A DNA stretch of 63,676 nt, counting the filler, from Sphacelaria rigidula (lineage: Eukaryota), in the NCBI GenBank assembly GCA_964200075.2. It is 4 parts of 4 records of this genome, joined end to end, with 100 filler letters (N's around TTAATTAATTAA, not from the genome) between each part and the next. Parts side by side here need not be neighbours in the genome. Positions count along the whole stretch, not along the records: positions 47,839 to 63,676 come from CAXNAA020001574.1; 3 more parts are not named here. One strand, written 5' to 3'. This document shows, piece after piece, positions 48,436-62,772 of this stretch. Both the position numbers and the translations under genes were made by a program. The notes under the pieces were generated by a model. It worked only from the letters and a program-made list of their open reading frames with translations, ran no database searches and had not been told where the DNA came from. The stretch's first letter is position 1. Each line of letters begins with the position of its first letter.

Positions 48436-51400
48436 CTGGTGTCTACGGCAGCTGACCGCATCCTCCAACGCTTCGGCAAAAAACCAGGGGACACACGGCT
48501 TGGTGTCCTCCCCCCCCCTCAAAAACTCTAATTTTTTATCTTGGGGCTTACGTGTCCCGATTTTTTTCGACTGCCCCTTGCTAGGCCCCTCTTTGTGGGG
48601 TGATGCAAAGTGCCCGCGACATGTGTAGGCGATTTTCCCTGTTTGGGGGTCGAAAAGTGGGTCAAACGTCCCAAAAGTGAACAATCCGTGGGCCAAAAAT
48701 CTGTTGATTCTAACATCCGTCCTAACTCACGAACAAGAAAAATCTGAGTGTCCCGCTTGACGTTTTTCACCCTGCCCTTTTCTTCGTACCAAACTTGAGA
48801 GTCCGGCAGACTGCATTTGGAGCGGGACAGATTCTCTTGGTAACCTACCAATCAGATCGCTCCATTTCGCTTGTGCGGTCTAACTCGTGGCGCGTTTCAG
48901 CCCAATACAGTATCATAAATAATACAGTGTTGTACACTGAAAACAATACAGTAGTACGGTACAGTACAGGTGCACAACGCACGTCACCAGCAGAAATGTC
49001 GCAGCAACGAACAGCGCGTTGTTCATCTTATTGAAGACGAAACAGTCAAGACACCCATGAAGCTTTCAACAGTGTGCAGCCAGCACTGCGTGCCGACTAA
49101 CATTGTTTTCTGCAGAGACGAACACAACGACGATATCTCAGCCCATGCAATCCAAACCGTGTTCGCAGTGCGTGAACGCACCACAACAGAACAGACAGTG
49201 GAAGCTCCGACACATGAGGGAGGCTGGAGTGTTTTTGCTGCGGTACAGTAGTGAAACAGGACATGTCCCATGCTCGAGTCCTCCCTCTGATAGTGGAGAG
49301 ATCCTCATTTTTTGGCCAGTGCCGAGTTTGAACACTCGGCCATAGTCGCGCTTCTTTCAATACACTTTGGGTTACCCTGATCTGTGTGTCAGAGGTTTGG
49401 CCTGAGATGCGGGCTTCGCCCGCTAATTTAATTAAGCAGATTCTGTCGCGGTACATCTTGATTTTGCCGAAAGTCCAACTCCCGGAAATGAGGTAAAGCG
49501 GGGGTCTGCAACCCACGAATTTGCGTCTAAACCGGCCCAGCTTGTACTTTACGTCAGTTTTGGAAGCTCACTCCCTATACCGTGAGACTCGGCGTCGAGA
49601 CAGTCATAATGCATATTTCATGAAGTGATATAGGTTGATGTACATCAACTTACGTGTTGTTTTCCGCTCTCATCATTTAAAGTTGACTCTCTAGTCATGG
49701 TTCTGACCCACCAAGAGTCCTGTCGAATGAAGGTTGGACGCGCATTTGTGCTTGATTTCGCGTCGCATTTCCGGTCATGGTTCTGACCCAACAAAATCGG
49801 TGCGGCCTGCAGGCTGGACGTGCACTGCCTTGATTCTATTTTTGTGCTATCAGCACGAAGTGGGTGCGACACTGCCCGTCGCTCGTCAACGTTGGGAATG
49901 ACGGTAGTAAGCTCCATCTCTCTTGAGGAATAAATGATCATAGTTCCTCCGCAGAATAATACCCATGAACATCCCCGAGCTTTGAGAAATGAAGAAAATT
50001 CCGATGTTATTCATCTTCGGTGGCATCATGAACTGCGACCAAATATTCGTCAGTACCAAGAAATCACGTTTTTGCTGTCCGTATGTCGTCGCCATCTTTG
50101 CAGCGTCACTCGCGGGAAGTCACGCAAGACGGCGAAGCCAGTGGTAAAATCGAAAGGACGCGCAAAAAAACGAAAATAGAGCTGGCGAATTTTCCTTGGT
50201 CGGTCCAACAGTCAGCTTCTCCGCACATTCGCGCCGCCGGGCCCGAAATCACTGGAATGTCATCTGCACGGGGCATCTCTCCGGGAAGGGAGATGGTAGT
50301 GGCATGGCACAAGAAAAAGCGACGAGAACCAAAAGTTGTGCAAAAGGAAGGAATGCGCACGATTTTGTACGGGGTACGTCTGGTGGTCGATGCTCGAAGA
50401 ATTAGTTGTTGATCGAGAGATGGATGCCACGTGATCAAACGGAGATATGCAATGGAATACATGGATCCGAGCTGTGGACAGGCGCATATGTTTATCATGG
50501 AATTTCAGAAAAATGCGGGAGATGCTGATTCCAGGCGACTGACTCCGTGGGAGGCCCTCCTTGCGAATGATGGAATGTCGAACGTCGGTGTGGAACACTG
50601 CGTCAGCGACGACGAACGACGAATCTGGAAGGACAAGCCGGGCCTTACTGAAATGAAAGGCAGCAAGGCTGAGCTCCCTTTTTGGAGACTGTGAAGTGTG
50701 CTTGGACGAGCCTTGTTTCTGCTGTATATAGTGTTAGACAGACACCTCTCGATTGGTACAGCCAGCCTCCAGCTGGCAACAGAAAATTCAGACTCCCTTT
50801 CGTCAGGGTCAACAATCTACTACTTGAGTAGCTGCCGTCGTGGTGCTGATTTGGCGTATTACTCCATGTGAAGAGACGTGGTGACCCAACAAGCAAAGAA
50901 AACTCGAGACTTGGAACAGAAACCTTGTACAATCTGCTGCAGCTGGAACAAGAGCAAGTGTTCCGCCTTGAGCTACTGAACCTCTTGACTTCCCTACTGT
51001 ACACAGTCGGGGCGCGAAAATTTTACTGCAGACAGTCCGTAGACCCAATCCCATTCGACTTGGAAGGTACGGACGAATGTACATACAACGACGTTTTCGT
51101 GATATCAAGAGTAGAGCGCTGACTGAGCGTGGATTTGATCCATCGCTTCAACTTAGCCGATCATTCATTCCGTGTGTGATTTCCTTTGCCTCCATCACTG
51201 GCGTGTGCTTACAGCTACACGTCGATATCCTACTCAGGGACATGAAGGGTTTCAGTGCCAAGCCACTACAGAAAGCATATTGGGTCTCGTGGAGGGGCAT
51301 TTCGGGACTGAAACGAATCATTCACTTATTGACCGCCTTTCACTCTCAATCGCATCCTTCACACTCCCAATAGAACCCTTGTTTTACCATGAAACGACGT

Positions 51401-54400
51401 GCAAGGCAGCAATGAGGCACGACCTGAGTCATTCCTCATATCCTCCTCCATTTTTCACCACCGTACAATGACGAGATACAGCTTCAACTCGATCTCCTCA
51501 GCAACTTGTATACGAACACCCTTTACAACTTTGGCCGCTTTATTTACATGGCTGGAGGCCGTGCGTGAACACAACCGCGATCTCAGGTTTGAACCGCCCG
51601 TCCCCATCCAGCAACCTACCGTTCCTCTTTTCTAATTCAACAACTAGATGCACAAACAATAGCTATTTAGATGCCTAAATCTCTTGCTAACGAGCAAACG
51701 ATCTCAGAATGAGCCTCATCACTTCACAAAATCACTACAGCAGCACTCTCGTCATGTGTCGAATTTAGAGAGCTCCGACAGACGGGTACGACGAACAGCT
51801 CCTTAACGTTCTCACCTTACTTGGTATCACTGCACGTATGACTCCCACATTTCACGGCACCACACATGAACCAGTATTTACACACGCATGCTGCCCTCCC
51901 CAACCCTGTGGTTTCCAACCCCGTCCCGGACGAAACGGCAAAGCAGACCACCACATGCATGATTTCGCGGCATAGAGTCCCGTCAACGAAAAACACTTGA
52001 AATATCCGCAGTTGTCCTGCTGTAATTCGTCGGCCCAATTACATCACTCAGTCCATCCGCCCCCGAGAGGCAGATAGATACCGGGAGGAAGGCGGTCACG
52101 CGCTTACTCGCTTCCCTCACGGAAGTGCAGTAGATGCAGCAGGACCTCCCGATCCCGAGTTCGGAGCCGTCGTGTTGAACAAGAAGTCTTCGTTGAACTG
52201 TGTGGTGCGAGGCAATTGGGAGTTGGGGAAGGGGTATAAGAGTATATTGGAAATTGAGATGAGACTGATGACCCAACCGACCGGTGGACAAACGGTCTTC
52301 ACCACATACTGTCTGTTCTGCTACCGCCAATATCGTGTAACCGGTAATATCGACGACATTAGTCACCCATTACTCACGTGCAGAAGTTAGTGATGTAGAA
52401 TTGGCGGTGTTAAAAATTTGACACTGTTGCTCCTGCAGTCTGCGTTCCCCTCGTTACTCTAGGCTCAAATTCCTCCACCACTGGAGCACAGGGCACCTTG
52501 ACTGCAAAATCACGCGTAGCGAGACCCCTCAACCTCGCCGTGCTTTCCATGAAGAGGATAAAATTCCCCGGCTTTTCCGAACGCGAAGGATAACCCCCCC
52601 AGAACATCACTACGCAAGGTGGCACTCCTCCAAGAATATTCCATGTCCCGAACCTGTAATGACCATTTCCCTTAGGAGTTGATCACGAGGAGATACCACT
52701 GAGGGAATCTGTAGTGCGGGCGATGACAGACCCCCACGGAGTTTCGATAACGGGATTGAGCACCCCCCCGAACCTTCCCGTGTTTTCATATTAGGAAACA
52801 TCCTCTTCCAGACTTTGTTCGATCATGGAGGACAAAACCCACCGCAAGGGAATGTAACCACGGGACGGAGAATTTGTTCTACATTTCGTCGAGACCGAAT
52901 TACGCTAACTCTCCTGAACCGTGATGGAGCATGCAGGACCGCCGACCGGATATCACGCGTTGATACGCAAGTGGGTGTGCTGTGAGGGAGGAATCAACGT
53001 ACTACATAAGTTTTAGCGACTGGAGGGCTGCGATATATATATCAGTCAGTAAGGTAGATATCGAATCACTATCCTGCGATATTCTTGCGGATCAACAGCA
53101 ACATGAAGAACGTGGAAATGGTTGATGTGATTGATTGCCGCATATCGACTGATCCCTGGGGGGTTCACCCGTGGTCAGAAGATGGGCCTACTAGCTAAGG
53201 TTAATCAAACAAACCCGCTCGAGGACACTCGAGAATGGAAACATGGAAGAAAATATGGAGCAAAGGACGTGAACTGAACAAAAACGAGAAGAACGGCAGA
53301 AAAATAAAGAAAAATTAAACTTACGGGAAGGAATGAAGACAAAGAATATGAACAACCGATCCCCACAAAAGCAACAAAGATGAAAACAGGGGGGGAAAGA
53401 CAGTAGATATACAGAAATGTACGTAAACAAGGGTTGGTACTCGATTTCACGTGGTTTTAGAATGAAAGTTCTGAGAAAATTCATGATTTGGGGCAGGTGA
53501 GCTGCGGTGAGCAGTAGACCCGGCTCGTCCAGAACGTGTTTTGGTCTGAAATCGGCCCAAAGGCGTCGATTTGAGCTCTGGCAACGCACACTTTTCTCAA
53601 GGAATACTTTGCACCCCCCTTGCCCGAGGGTTCTCGGTATGCCTTGGTCGGGTGAGGATTAGCGTCAAAGGTAGGGTTGGCGACATTTCCATAGTACCAA
53701 CTATTGTCATCGGACATTCCTTTAGGTCCCCTCCACGCAACGCTTGGATCTCCGCGACGAAGCGGAAGATTAGACTGCGGTTTCTTGCCTGCGCTTCCCA
53801 CACATGCAATCTATTGCCAGACAATACGTTTGTGCCTTTACGCGCAGTACTAAGCCACCAACAGCCCAAATATACAAAAATAAGGTGTTTTCGCCTTTCG
53901 AGGGCTTCTCTGGTCCGCTGTCGCGAATTGAGCGAAGTGTAACGTCTGCCCGTAGCTGTCGTGTGCATGCGGGGGGCTGTGAAGTGCCGTGGGCTGGCTT
54001 GCTTCTGTGTCGAGAACGGCGCGATCTCAAGTGCTATAACTGTCCCATACTAAACCAAATTAACCCATTGACCGCGAGGGAAGTTCACCTGCGGAATCGG
54101 CACCAATTTCACTTGAAAAAGTATGCGTGATCCAGAGGGACTACCCGCATCACGGTCTAAGGGATCATAAGTGATCAAGCGTGTATTTTGTTTGCGAGGG
54201 CCTCGGCACAGGTGCGATCACCTACTGACGTGATCATTACTCCTCCGCGTTTTTTACTACAGTATTTCTGTCAGGTGGATTTTGGTCGTAAAGCCCCCCC
54301 ATTCGAGGTGGGTGATCCCCATTCCGACCTACAACAGTCGCCACCGAGTCCCTTTGGTCTAAATAAAAGTGGTACAACCGGAACCGAACCGGAACCGGTT

Positions 54401-55032
54401 AGGGCAAATGATTGCGGGTTCGAATCTCGGCCGATTTTTTTCTTCTCTCGGAAGTATGTGGTTCCCGTGATGCTCGTTGAAAACGTGAGGACATGGGTAG
54501 CAAAGAAAGTATGTTTGCGAGAGTGGATGGGGTGCGAGAGTGCCAATCCAATCCGCAAGACCAAATGTAAGGCGTGCACCGGACGAGAGATAGGCTGATC
54601 CCTTGAGACACGGACATGTCCCGAGGAAGGGGAGGAGTTCAAAGTATGAACAGGGGAAAAACTAGCACCCGGTGTGCTGCTGTAGTTGTGTCCACTGTCT
54701 GGTGTTGCACGGAGGTGCTGGTTGTTTGGTTCAGGCTGATTCTATCAGTAGACCCAACGAAGTGACAGCCGATTGTTTACTTGCGGTTCGAGAGCTAGGA
54801 CCCTTTTTAGACAGAAGGGCAGCGACTCTTCAGAGGCCGTGGGTCTAGGCACGCTTCTATTTTTCTTCAGTGGCAGTGCGGTGCAGTGTGTGTGCTGTGC
54901 TGCGTGCCGCTATACCTCATCAGCCGCTGTACTTTATTTATGTACGGTCTGTACAGCTGGCTGCAGCGTGCTTGATGGGTGCTGCTTTTGATAAACCCGT
55001 CTTCGACGAATTTTGAACTTCCCAAAATAATA

Positions 55033-55268
55033 TCCAAGGGTCTACAAGTTATACTCGTGTCGTGTCACGTTTTGTCACGTTTCACGTCAAATTTTGAGCC
55101 AGGCTAGTACAGGTGGGGGGTGGGGACCACGCGGGGAGCCCTGTTCAAAAGTCAAGTCAGAGTAGGGCTCTCTCCGTGGTCTCCCACCGTAGTACTAGCC
55201 TGGCTTAACTTTTGACGACTTTTATCGTAAAACGTGAATGTAACGAGTGTAACGTGTAGACCCTTGGA
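55033..55268. mobile_element. Palindromic MITE-like element (236 bp)
   Basis: Ends TCCAAGGGTCTACA/TGTAGACCCTTGGA. Inner arms AGCCAGGCTAGTAC/GTACTAGCCTGGCT and GAGCCCT/AGGGCTC continue the fold-back. Confidence 0.8.
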
Positions 55269-56093
55269 AAGATCAATTCTGTCACTTTATGAACCCAGAT
55301 ACACCACGATTCAATCATCACGATGGGGGACGAGCCCTTTCCTTTCAACACGGGAAAGGGGAACCTGGATACATTTCACACCGCTGTAGACTTCGGCAAC
55401 TCAAGATCTCGGTCGATAAACACAAACGAAGCACATGAAGAGCTGGTTAATGGAGAGCTACGGGCGCGTTATCGCGGGTTTTGCGTTATCGCGGGTTTTG
55501 TCGAGCGCAGTGTACCTCAAGCGATCAATACATGGATGAGACCAGGGGGGTGTCATTTGAACATTTGAACGAGTGACAGAGGGGATGAGTTTCGCCGCAT
55601 TTTGCCGTTGTCCGTTTTCAATTGGCTGACAGCAGCCACGCCACAAGGTGTCATCGCTGAGACTGAACACTTGCGCCCGGTTGAAAAATAAATCGACTTC
55701 GTAACACACTGCAACGCAGTGAGGTGTCAGTTTCTTCTTTTGAATTGCACGAGTATAAAAATAGAACATCGCCTAGTTCACCACTACCCGTAGCCCGAAC
55801 GATAGCAAATGCGTCTAAATTTGACCTTCATTCTTCCCATCCTAGGCCACGCTCTCTCGGCTGACTGCGTTGTTGTACGTTGTTGTACGTACTTGAGGTG
55901 GGCAGAAAACGGCGAATTTAACAACGAGAACAAATAGCAAAACTTTCGAGGAGGTGCCCCGACGTTGAACAATTTGATAACTTCATGGAGTCCCTACACG
56001 TCCACACCGCTCAATTCATTCAAACCCGGCCACAGTGACCGTGCACTCCATCATGAAGGACGCAGAACACTAGCACTCGGAAAGAGCGTTCAC

Positions 56094-56408
56094 CTTCATC
56101 ATTGAGTAGGTGGAGGCATCCCTCTCGAACTGCCGCCACACGTGTCTCATAGCTTCCAACAACCCCCCGCCCTTATCGGTATCCTGTCGTGCAGCCGACA
56201 AAACCCGGCCCGTTAGACATTTCGTAGGTGCTACTCCGATTTGGTACCGTGAATCAGGCCAACGACTAGTGCTCGATGCTCGTGCTGGTTCTCTTCCAGT
56301 TGCTTCACCAGTAGAAGCTGCTCTCCCGGGTGCGCTCAGGAAACCATCAACGATAATCGTCACCATGGACGTCACCAGCATGGTGAGCAGCCAACAATAA
56401 CCCCGCAT
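56094..56408 (-). CDS. Probable first exon of an unknown gene with a signal-peptide-like N-terminus; possible second exon 55864-55826
   Basis: MRGYCWLLTMLVTSMVTIIVDGF..., ending AAG|gtgaac at phase 0. Candidate next exon cag|SAERAWPRMGRMK|gtcaaa. No homology recognised. Confidence 0.45.
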
Positions 56409-56912
56409 CGCCTCGTTGTTTGCAAATTTGAGAGCTCGCTCTCTTGTGCTGTAGTACGGAATAACACACGCCTGCTCCTCAATGGCAAGGTACAGGACAA
56501 AAACTGAGTGGGCGAAGCCGGGTACAATCACGACAGGGGAATGTGAGGAGATACGAGGTCAAAAGGTCCAAGTCGCGATACGTCAATACGTCACTAGCCC
56601 ACTAGTCAATCGTCACTAAAACTACCCGCACTCACGTTCAATCAATGGGGTCGCCCCGATTCTCATAACAACGCCTTTTTTTGGTGTCGTGATCCATCTC
56701 CTGTTATCGAAGCTGTCGTGATCCATCCCCTACCCCCCGGGTTTCATAAAGTTTCAACTTTTTTACGAAGATCGAACTTCATCGTACTAAGTACACCTAG
56801 CAGCCGCCGCAAACACGCTTCAAGCAGTGGAATCCTTGTGTTTGACACGACGGCCTGGACACTCCTCAGTCTACGTTTTCTCTTGTCTGAATACAACGAG
56901 CCACCAAAAACG

Positions 56913-59900
56913 ATGAAGTCTGCTATCGTTGCTCTTGCTCTTGGAGTGGCCGGCGTGAATGCGTTCGTCGCCCCTAACGCGGTGCTACGCTCGGTATCTC
57001 GGTCCTCCTCACAGGTACGTACAGCGGTCAGCGATCGACTTGTCTGTTTTGAACTTTTCGGGTTGAGATTGAAGGTTCGGGAGACGGAAAGGACTAGGCA
57101 CTGACTCCGTAATCCTGTTGTTGCCGGCTGATTCCGAAGAGCTATTGCTGTGTACACGGTAACCAAGTCCGCAAGTACTGCTCTTGTGACCCCAGTTTGT
57201 TCATGACAACGTGATGTGCACACATTTTCCGTGACTTGAACGGTGGCATGTCCCTTTTCTGGCCCTTCTTTGGTATTGGACTTCAGAGTTATTCTCGACT
57301 TCCAACGGAGTTTTCTCGAAAAGCATGAAACATGAACATCACTCACGGCAGGAGGCAGCCGGCTTTGTTCCAAGTTGCCCGGAAGTGAGGAGGGTGATTG
57401 GGGAGCAGCTCTCTACCCGTCAAGCAGTTTGTGTGTTTTGTCCATACTCCGGGTTCCGGAAGGAACAGAAGTGTGCTGTGCGCGCAGCAACAGCACGACA
57501 GTAGTACATCAGACTCTTGCGGTGTAGAACGTAGTCAGGTTGACCGTTTGTACATACTGTCTACTGGGCGATGAAATGTACATGCGCTGTCGTACTGTCT
57601 GTGGTGAGGGACTTCGGTCAACTTCAGCTACATGAGGCGAGTTGACTTCATGTTCCTGTCCTGGATTTACCCTCCCCGTTTCGATGAATGCCAGGAGTCC
57701 TGACGACTGATGTTCGTGGCTGCTCATTTTGAGCCCCGTGTTCCTCCCTGACCAGAACCCCGCGTACTGACCTCGGTATATGAACGTTTCCCTCGCCTTC
57801 TGAATCGCGTCTCAATATGTACGTATGCATCCTGTTGCTTTTTGTCGAACGCACTCGACTGGGGTGGGATCAGTTGAGGATGGCAGCAGACCCCGAAGCG
57901 TCAATTGCGCTGCCCTTTACCCCACGGCCGTCGAAGCTTACTGGCGAACTTGTGGGCGACGTTGGATTCGACCCATTGAACTTCAGCGAAGAGGTGCGTG
58001 TCGATGTTGTACAACTAACTCGATGAGGATTACATTTCTCTGTCCCCGTTGCGATGATGCAACTCGGGCGAAAAGAGTGGAAATCGAGGCGTCGCGATCC
58101 CCTGTTCGAACCGCATCTATGGTATGCTACTGGAAGGTGCTTGTCGTCCTACATACGTCACGTAGTGGTGTCGGTGTATCCTTGGTGGTACTCGCCCCGC
58201 TACACATGCGATATTCATGCCGTTGAATGACACGCTCACGTCATGTAAACCGTCGGTAATGTACATCATGCGGTGTTCGGTCACCCGGATACGTGGGACG
58301 TTCACGTGTTGGCACAGCTCTGAGACTTGATTTGACTCTCGACCCAACAGACTTGTCCCACTTCGCCTTGATTTTGTGCATTCCAGCTGTCAGGTCGTGA
58401 GGGAATTGTGATATAATGCACGACCCATGTACTGTAATCGAGTACCTTTACACCAACTTTCGGCATCACCGGCGCTTCTGCTCTGACTTGCCGCCGACCC
58501 CGCCAGTATTGCGTATGCTGATGGCTGGGTACTTTCAATCGACATGAATCGTCACGTCCCGGAGCCACGTCTTGTCAGTTTCCGGACGGCTGACGATACT
58601 GGAGCCTACCAGCTCTCGGCTGCGCTATAGTGAAACAAGTAGAGTAAATACACACATGACGTCATGTCAACTTTGCCCGAATGAGGAAACATGTAGCTGT
58701 GCAGCTCGTTGTCGTGCTTCGCGAAGACCCTGCAGCTAGCATGCCTGAGCGTGCAGATAACATGAGCTGCTTTAATTTTCATAACAAACTCATCGGGGTC
58801 TGCCAAAAGATCCCCATTTTTACAATTGACGGACCACTCTCCTACCAACATACGGCTGTCGAGACAAAAAAAATGTTCATCCACAAAAGATGGGTCTGCA
58901 GTTGCGGCGATCGATCAACCTGCTACTTTCGAACGAAGCTTGTTGCGCTCCCCACTTTCCTTCATCTATTTTCGCTTGTGGCAGATGAAACGTAAACTTC
59001 CACCAGTTTGATGTCCGCCTCAATTTCGTAAAGTTTCGAAGTGAGCTACTCTTTCCCTCGTTTTTCTCCACTTCTCGAGGTCGACCTTGCCATACACAGT
59101 TATGAGCTGATTTTTTTCGACGCAACATTTGACGAGACATGGTTTTTCACCATCCGCAAAACCGGTCGGACGAGTCAGTCAGGACCTTGATTTTCCTCAC
59201 TCCTTCATATATTATTTTCTCTCATCATTTCCAAACAGGGTGACCTCGCGAAGTTCCGCCGAGCAGAGCTCAAGCACGGCAGGGTTGCCATGCTCGCCGT
59301 TGTGGGTGCCATCTGGCAAGAGTTTTCTGTGCTGCCTGGTTTGGGCTACGAGCCAACCAAGAACCTTTTCCAGGCGGTTGCGGATGCGCCGTGGCTTGCC
59401 ATCCTTCAGGTGAGGCACTACGGAGCGTGCTTTTCTGGCCTAACACAGCATGTATCCAATTGATACCTGTCATCCGTTCCCGAACCACACGCATCTTGAA
59501 CTCATTTGCCCCCTTCCACGGATGTTTGACCCCTACCTCTTGGCTGAAGTTCTGCACATGCCCGTGTCCAAACGTCGGTCAGGTGAAAAAAAAACACGAT
59601 TGATCACTCTCCCGAAGATCGTGTGGCCTTCCCACGTTGAATACTTCTTTGGAACACCACTTTTCAGTGTTCCCGAACAGCTCTTTGGAGTTTCATAGGT
59701 TTTCTCGACCTCGAGAATCGAAGGATCCACTGTGGTGATGCCAGATCACATGACACCAATCATCTGTGTTGTATTCACGAGAACCACCTATTCACTCCTT
59801 TTCGTCTCCTTGTTTCCAGATCTTCATCTTCGTCGGCATCTTCGATCTTCAAAGTACCAAGTATGACAAGGAGCAGGGACGCGTGCCTGGCGACATTGGA

Positions 59901-60074
59901 TTCGACCCCCTCAAGCTATCCGCCGACGGTATCAACGAGAAGTGGGCGCTTTCAGAGCTCAAGCACGGGCGCCTGGCTATGTGGGCAATGGCTGCGATCC
60001 TCGTCCAACAGCTTCTTGTGCCGGACAAGTCGCCGCTTGAGCTTGCATACGAGTGGTCCACCCAGTTCAACTGA
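56913..60074 (+). CDS. Light-harvesting complex (fucoxanthin-chlorophyll a/c binding, Lhcr-like) protein, 215 aa. Exons: 56913-57014, 57874-57993, 59239-59409, 59820-60074
   Basis: Four exons with three phase-0 GT-AG introns. Signal peptide plus VNA-FVAP (ASAFAP-type) motif, two GFDPL motifs, and helices [12 protein letters not shown] and [12 protein letters not shown]. The Lhcr subfamily call is by eye. Confidence 0.95.
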
Positions 60075-60998
60075 GAGAAAACCCACAGTTTAGCTTATTT
60101 TGGAGTTATTGGGTCGGGCCGGTGGCTGGTCTGGGCTTTTTGACGTCTTGATCTCCGGCATGTTTCGACTCAGTTTCGGCGAGGACCAGTGGATATGACA
60201 TGATATAGGAAGGTGGGAGATTGAGGCTTCCACTGGACACTGTCGCTGGCTTTCCTAATACGTGGTGTCGTCCTCCTAGGGTGTTGCTTTTTTATTCCCG
60301 CAACCAGTATACGCCATGTGGCGTCCCATTACTTCCCTTGGGTTCTGGAGCATCCCCGCCCTTCCCCCCCCCCCCCCCCCCTTGGTCTCCGGTTGGTGAA
60401 ACCGTGAGATGGAGTATCCTCCCGGTTATGGACGGCAGACACATGACCCTGTTCCAGGCAGTTTTTTGTGTGTAGTACTGGCGCTCGGTCTGCTCCTCTT
60501 CGTCGTATCATGTAGCAGCGTTTGAATCGTACGCGTGGATCGAGTGTACACCGTCGAACTGCCTGAACGCTACGTGAAGGTCACCCTTGATGTACTGTGC
60601 TGCGCGTGCTCTTTCCTATCCCATCTTTCCACACCGGGTAAAACACCGTAGAGTTTTGCTTCTTGTGTACCCAACGCGGTTCTGATTAGACAGCAAACAG
60701 TGGGATTTTGCGACTGTACTGCATTAGTTTTGTGGCGTAGAACACTGTTGCCGTGTATTGTGATGGTTCGCAGTTTAAGGGAGGGCGCGCGTCTCGTGCG
60801 TATGTTGACGCATTTTAATAACATCCGGCCGTGGTGTGCAGAGTCGCCGCCCCTCATTCGTACTTGACGAGCTCTTCCTCTGTCCCGGAGTGATCTGGTG
60901 GGATTTTCCTAAAACTCGCTGGAGTGTTATCCCGCGTGAAGCAAGAGCATCAACGTATCAAATTCCTGCATTAGTTCTTGTGACAGACACACAGGCGG

Positions 60999-61314
60999 CC
61001 GGTCGTCCCGGCGGCTCAGGTGGTAACCTCGTAACCTTCTCGTGGCTGATTCGTGGGGTTCGATTCCCGGAGCGATCTGAGGTATTTTCTTAAACCATGC
61101 CCAAGTGAAGAGCGACCACGTCGTACGTACACGATATTCAACTTGACGATCGGCGAGGGAGAGGGACTGCGGAACCCCTCTCACGAAAAAGTGAAGGGCA
61201 AGCACCGCAGAAGCAAGATGGGGTACTAATAATGAAGGAAGAAAAGGTCCTGTGTTCACCTTCCGTGTGACCCCGGCTGATGCGCCCACATATTCCGAAA
61301 GGGGTAGGCTGGCG
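60999..61314 (+). mobile_element. tRNA-derived SINE, second full copy
   Basis: Shares GGGAGAGGGACTGC..AACCCCTCTC and GTGTGACCCCGGCTG.TGCGCCCACATAT with 3191-3523. Confidence 0.75.
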
Positions 61315-62772
61315 CCCAGAAAAAGTGGGACAACACACTTGTGATCACTTTGGTTACCCTGAGCCTTCCATGAAATCGGGAAGAGTTGACAACGAACGCT
61401 TTAAAATTTGGTATCGACGAAGTGGTGTGCAAGAATGGATATGTGGGCTTTGACCCTCCAGATGAATTGTTGCCATTACATCAACCGCATCGAGACCCAT
61501 GTTGTCATCCCTGTGCTCGAGCATCCGGTGCTGACGTCGTCCGTGGTCGTAATGTGCACGAACTGGTTTTCAATCATTTGATACACAGCGAAGTATCCAT
61601 GACCGTGATTGATACATTGAACTTACGAATTTGCGCCTTTTGTTGGCGTTCTGTGCGGGACGGTGTCATGACTGATGAGCATGAACGTCTGAGGGCTGGA
61701 TTCCCACGCCGTACCCCCGCGGAAATTTTTTCTCGGGATGACATGACACCCGAGTTCATGGACGTGAGACACTTCGGGTCCTCAGTATGTGAGGGAAAAT
61801 CGCAAAACCTTCACCGTTACTCGAACCATCACTTCCTGATGGAAGAAAAACTTCCAGTGACGCAAATCAACGATTCCAACCGAGTAGGGGTGAGCGTAGG
61901 ACTCCATCTTACAGGGTGCAACTTGGTCGAGAAGGTCTGTTAACAGAAGTCAGGGTCGGGGCAGCTACAGTGATGTAAAACAACGAAAGATGTGGACCCT
62001 CCTGTCAGAAAACCAACTTCTCGAAGGGGGGAGAAATACTCAGCTTGCCGTCCCCTAGTTTCTTGCGGAGGGATTATTGTACGCGGTGAGCTTGAGGGTA
62101 CAGGAATCCCTGGCATGGAGATTGCTGAGATGACGGTTATACTACCCTTCCAACTCGTATCATCTACCATGTCGTATGCCCTGACTTCTCACCATCCAGT
62201 CCGGGCAAATTATGTTGATGCTTCTGAAATGCTAGAGGCTGTCGCTACCGTGCGCACGCGCATTGTACGCGAATGCCTTTAGAACGCTGCCGACATCTGA
62301 AGTCACCGGGACAAGGCGGACAAGGAGCTAAATCAAAAATATATATACGAATTTTGGAATGCCCACCAGACTCGTCGGCTTTTGCGAAGTGTTTGTTGAT
62401 CATTTTCTCTCAACCGTAACTGTAGTATCAATAAAAAAAATCATGATAATTTTCGAAAAACTGCCATCAGGGAGGGGCGGGGGGGGGCGTTGGCTCCGTG
62501 CCTGAAAATCGTGTCTCGACGGACCCGTAACGTAAGTCATATTTTCAAAAAACTAGGAAATTGATGTCGGAAGGTAGCACAATATCAAAAATGGAGCGGG
62601 ATGAAATCGAGCAACATCGTGTAACCAAAGTCAACACGCATAAATAAGAACCGGCATAATGAGTAACATTAGGGCCTATTATTGGCCTAGTGTAGGCGTG
62701 TGACGAGGTAAAGCTAAATAGTTTTCACGAGTTTTTCATAACGCGGCGAGGCATGGGTCCTAATAAGCTCTG

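Noticed and set aside
48970-52801. Protein-coding gene(s) among the short ORFs at 49-52.8 kb
   Set aside because: Some segments look coding, but I could not build a consistent spliced model or recognise a domain.
61386-62282. Intact gene or viral insert
   Set aside because: No recognisable motifs, and the alternative minus-strand reading has several stops.
47839-62472. 14-kb transposon bounded by inverted repeats (47839-48075 vs 62281-62472) carrying the LHC gene
   Set aside because: The arms are quite diverged, the left one is locally tandem-repeated and truncated by the contig end, and there is no transposase or TSD. Independent copies of a dispersed repeat are more likely.
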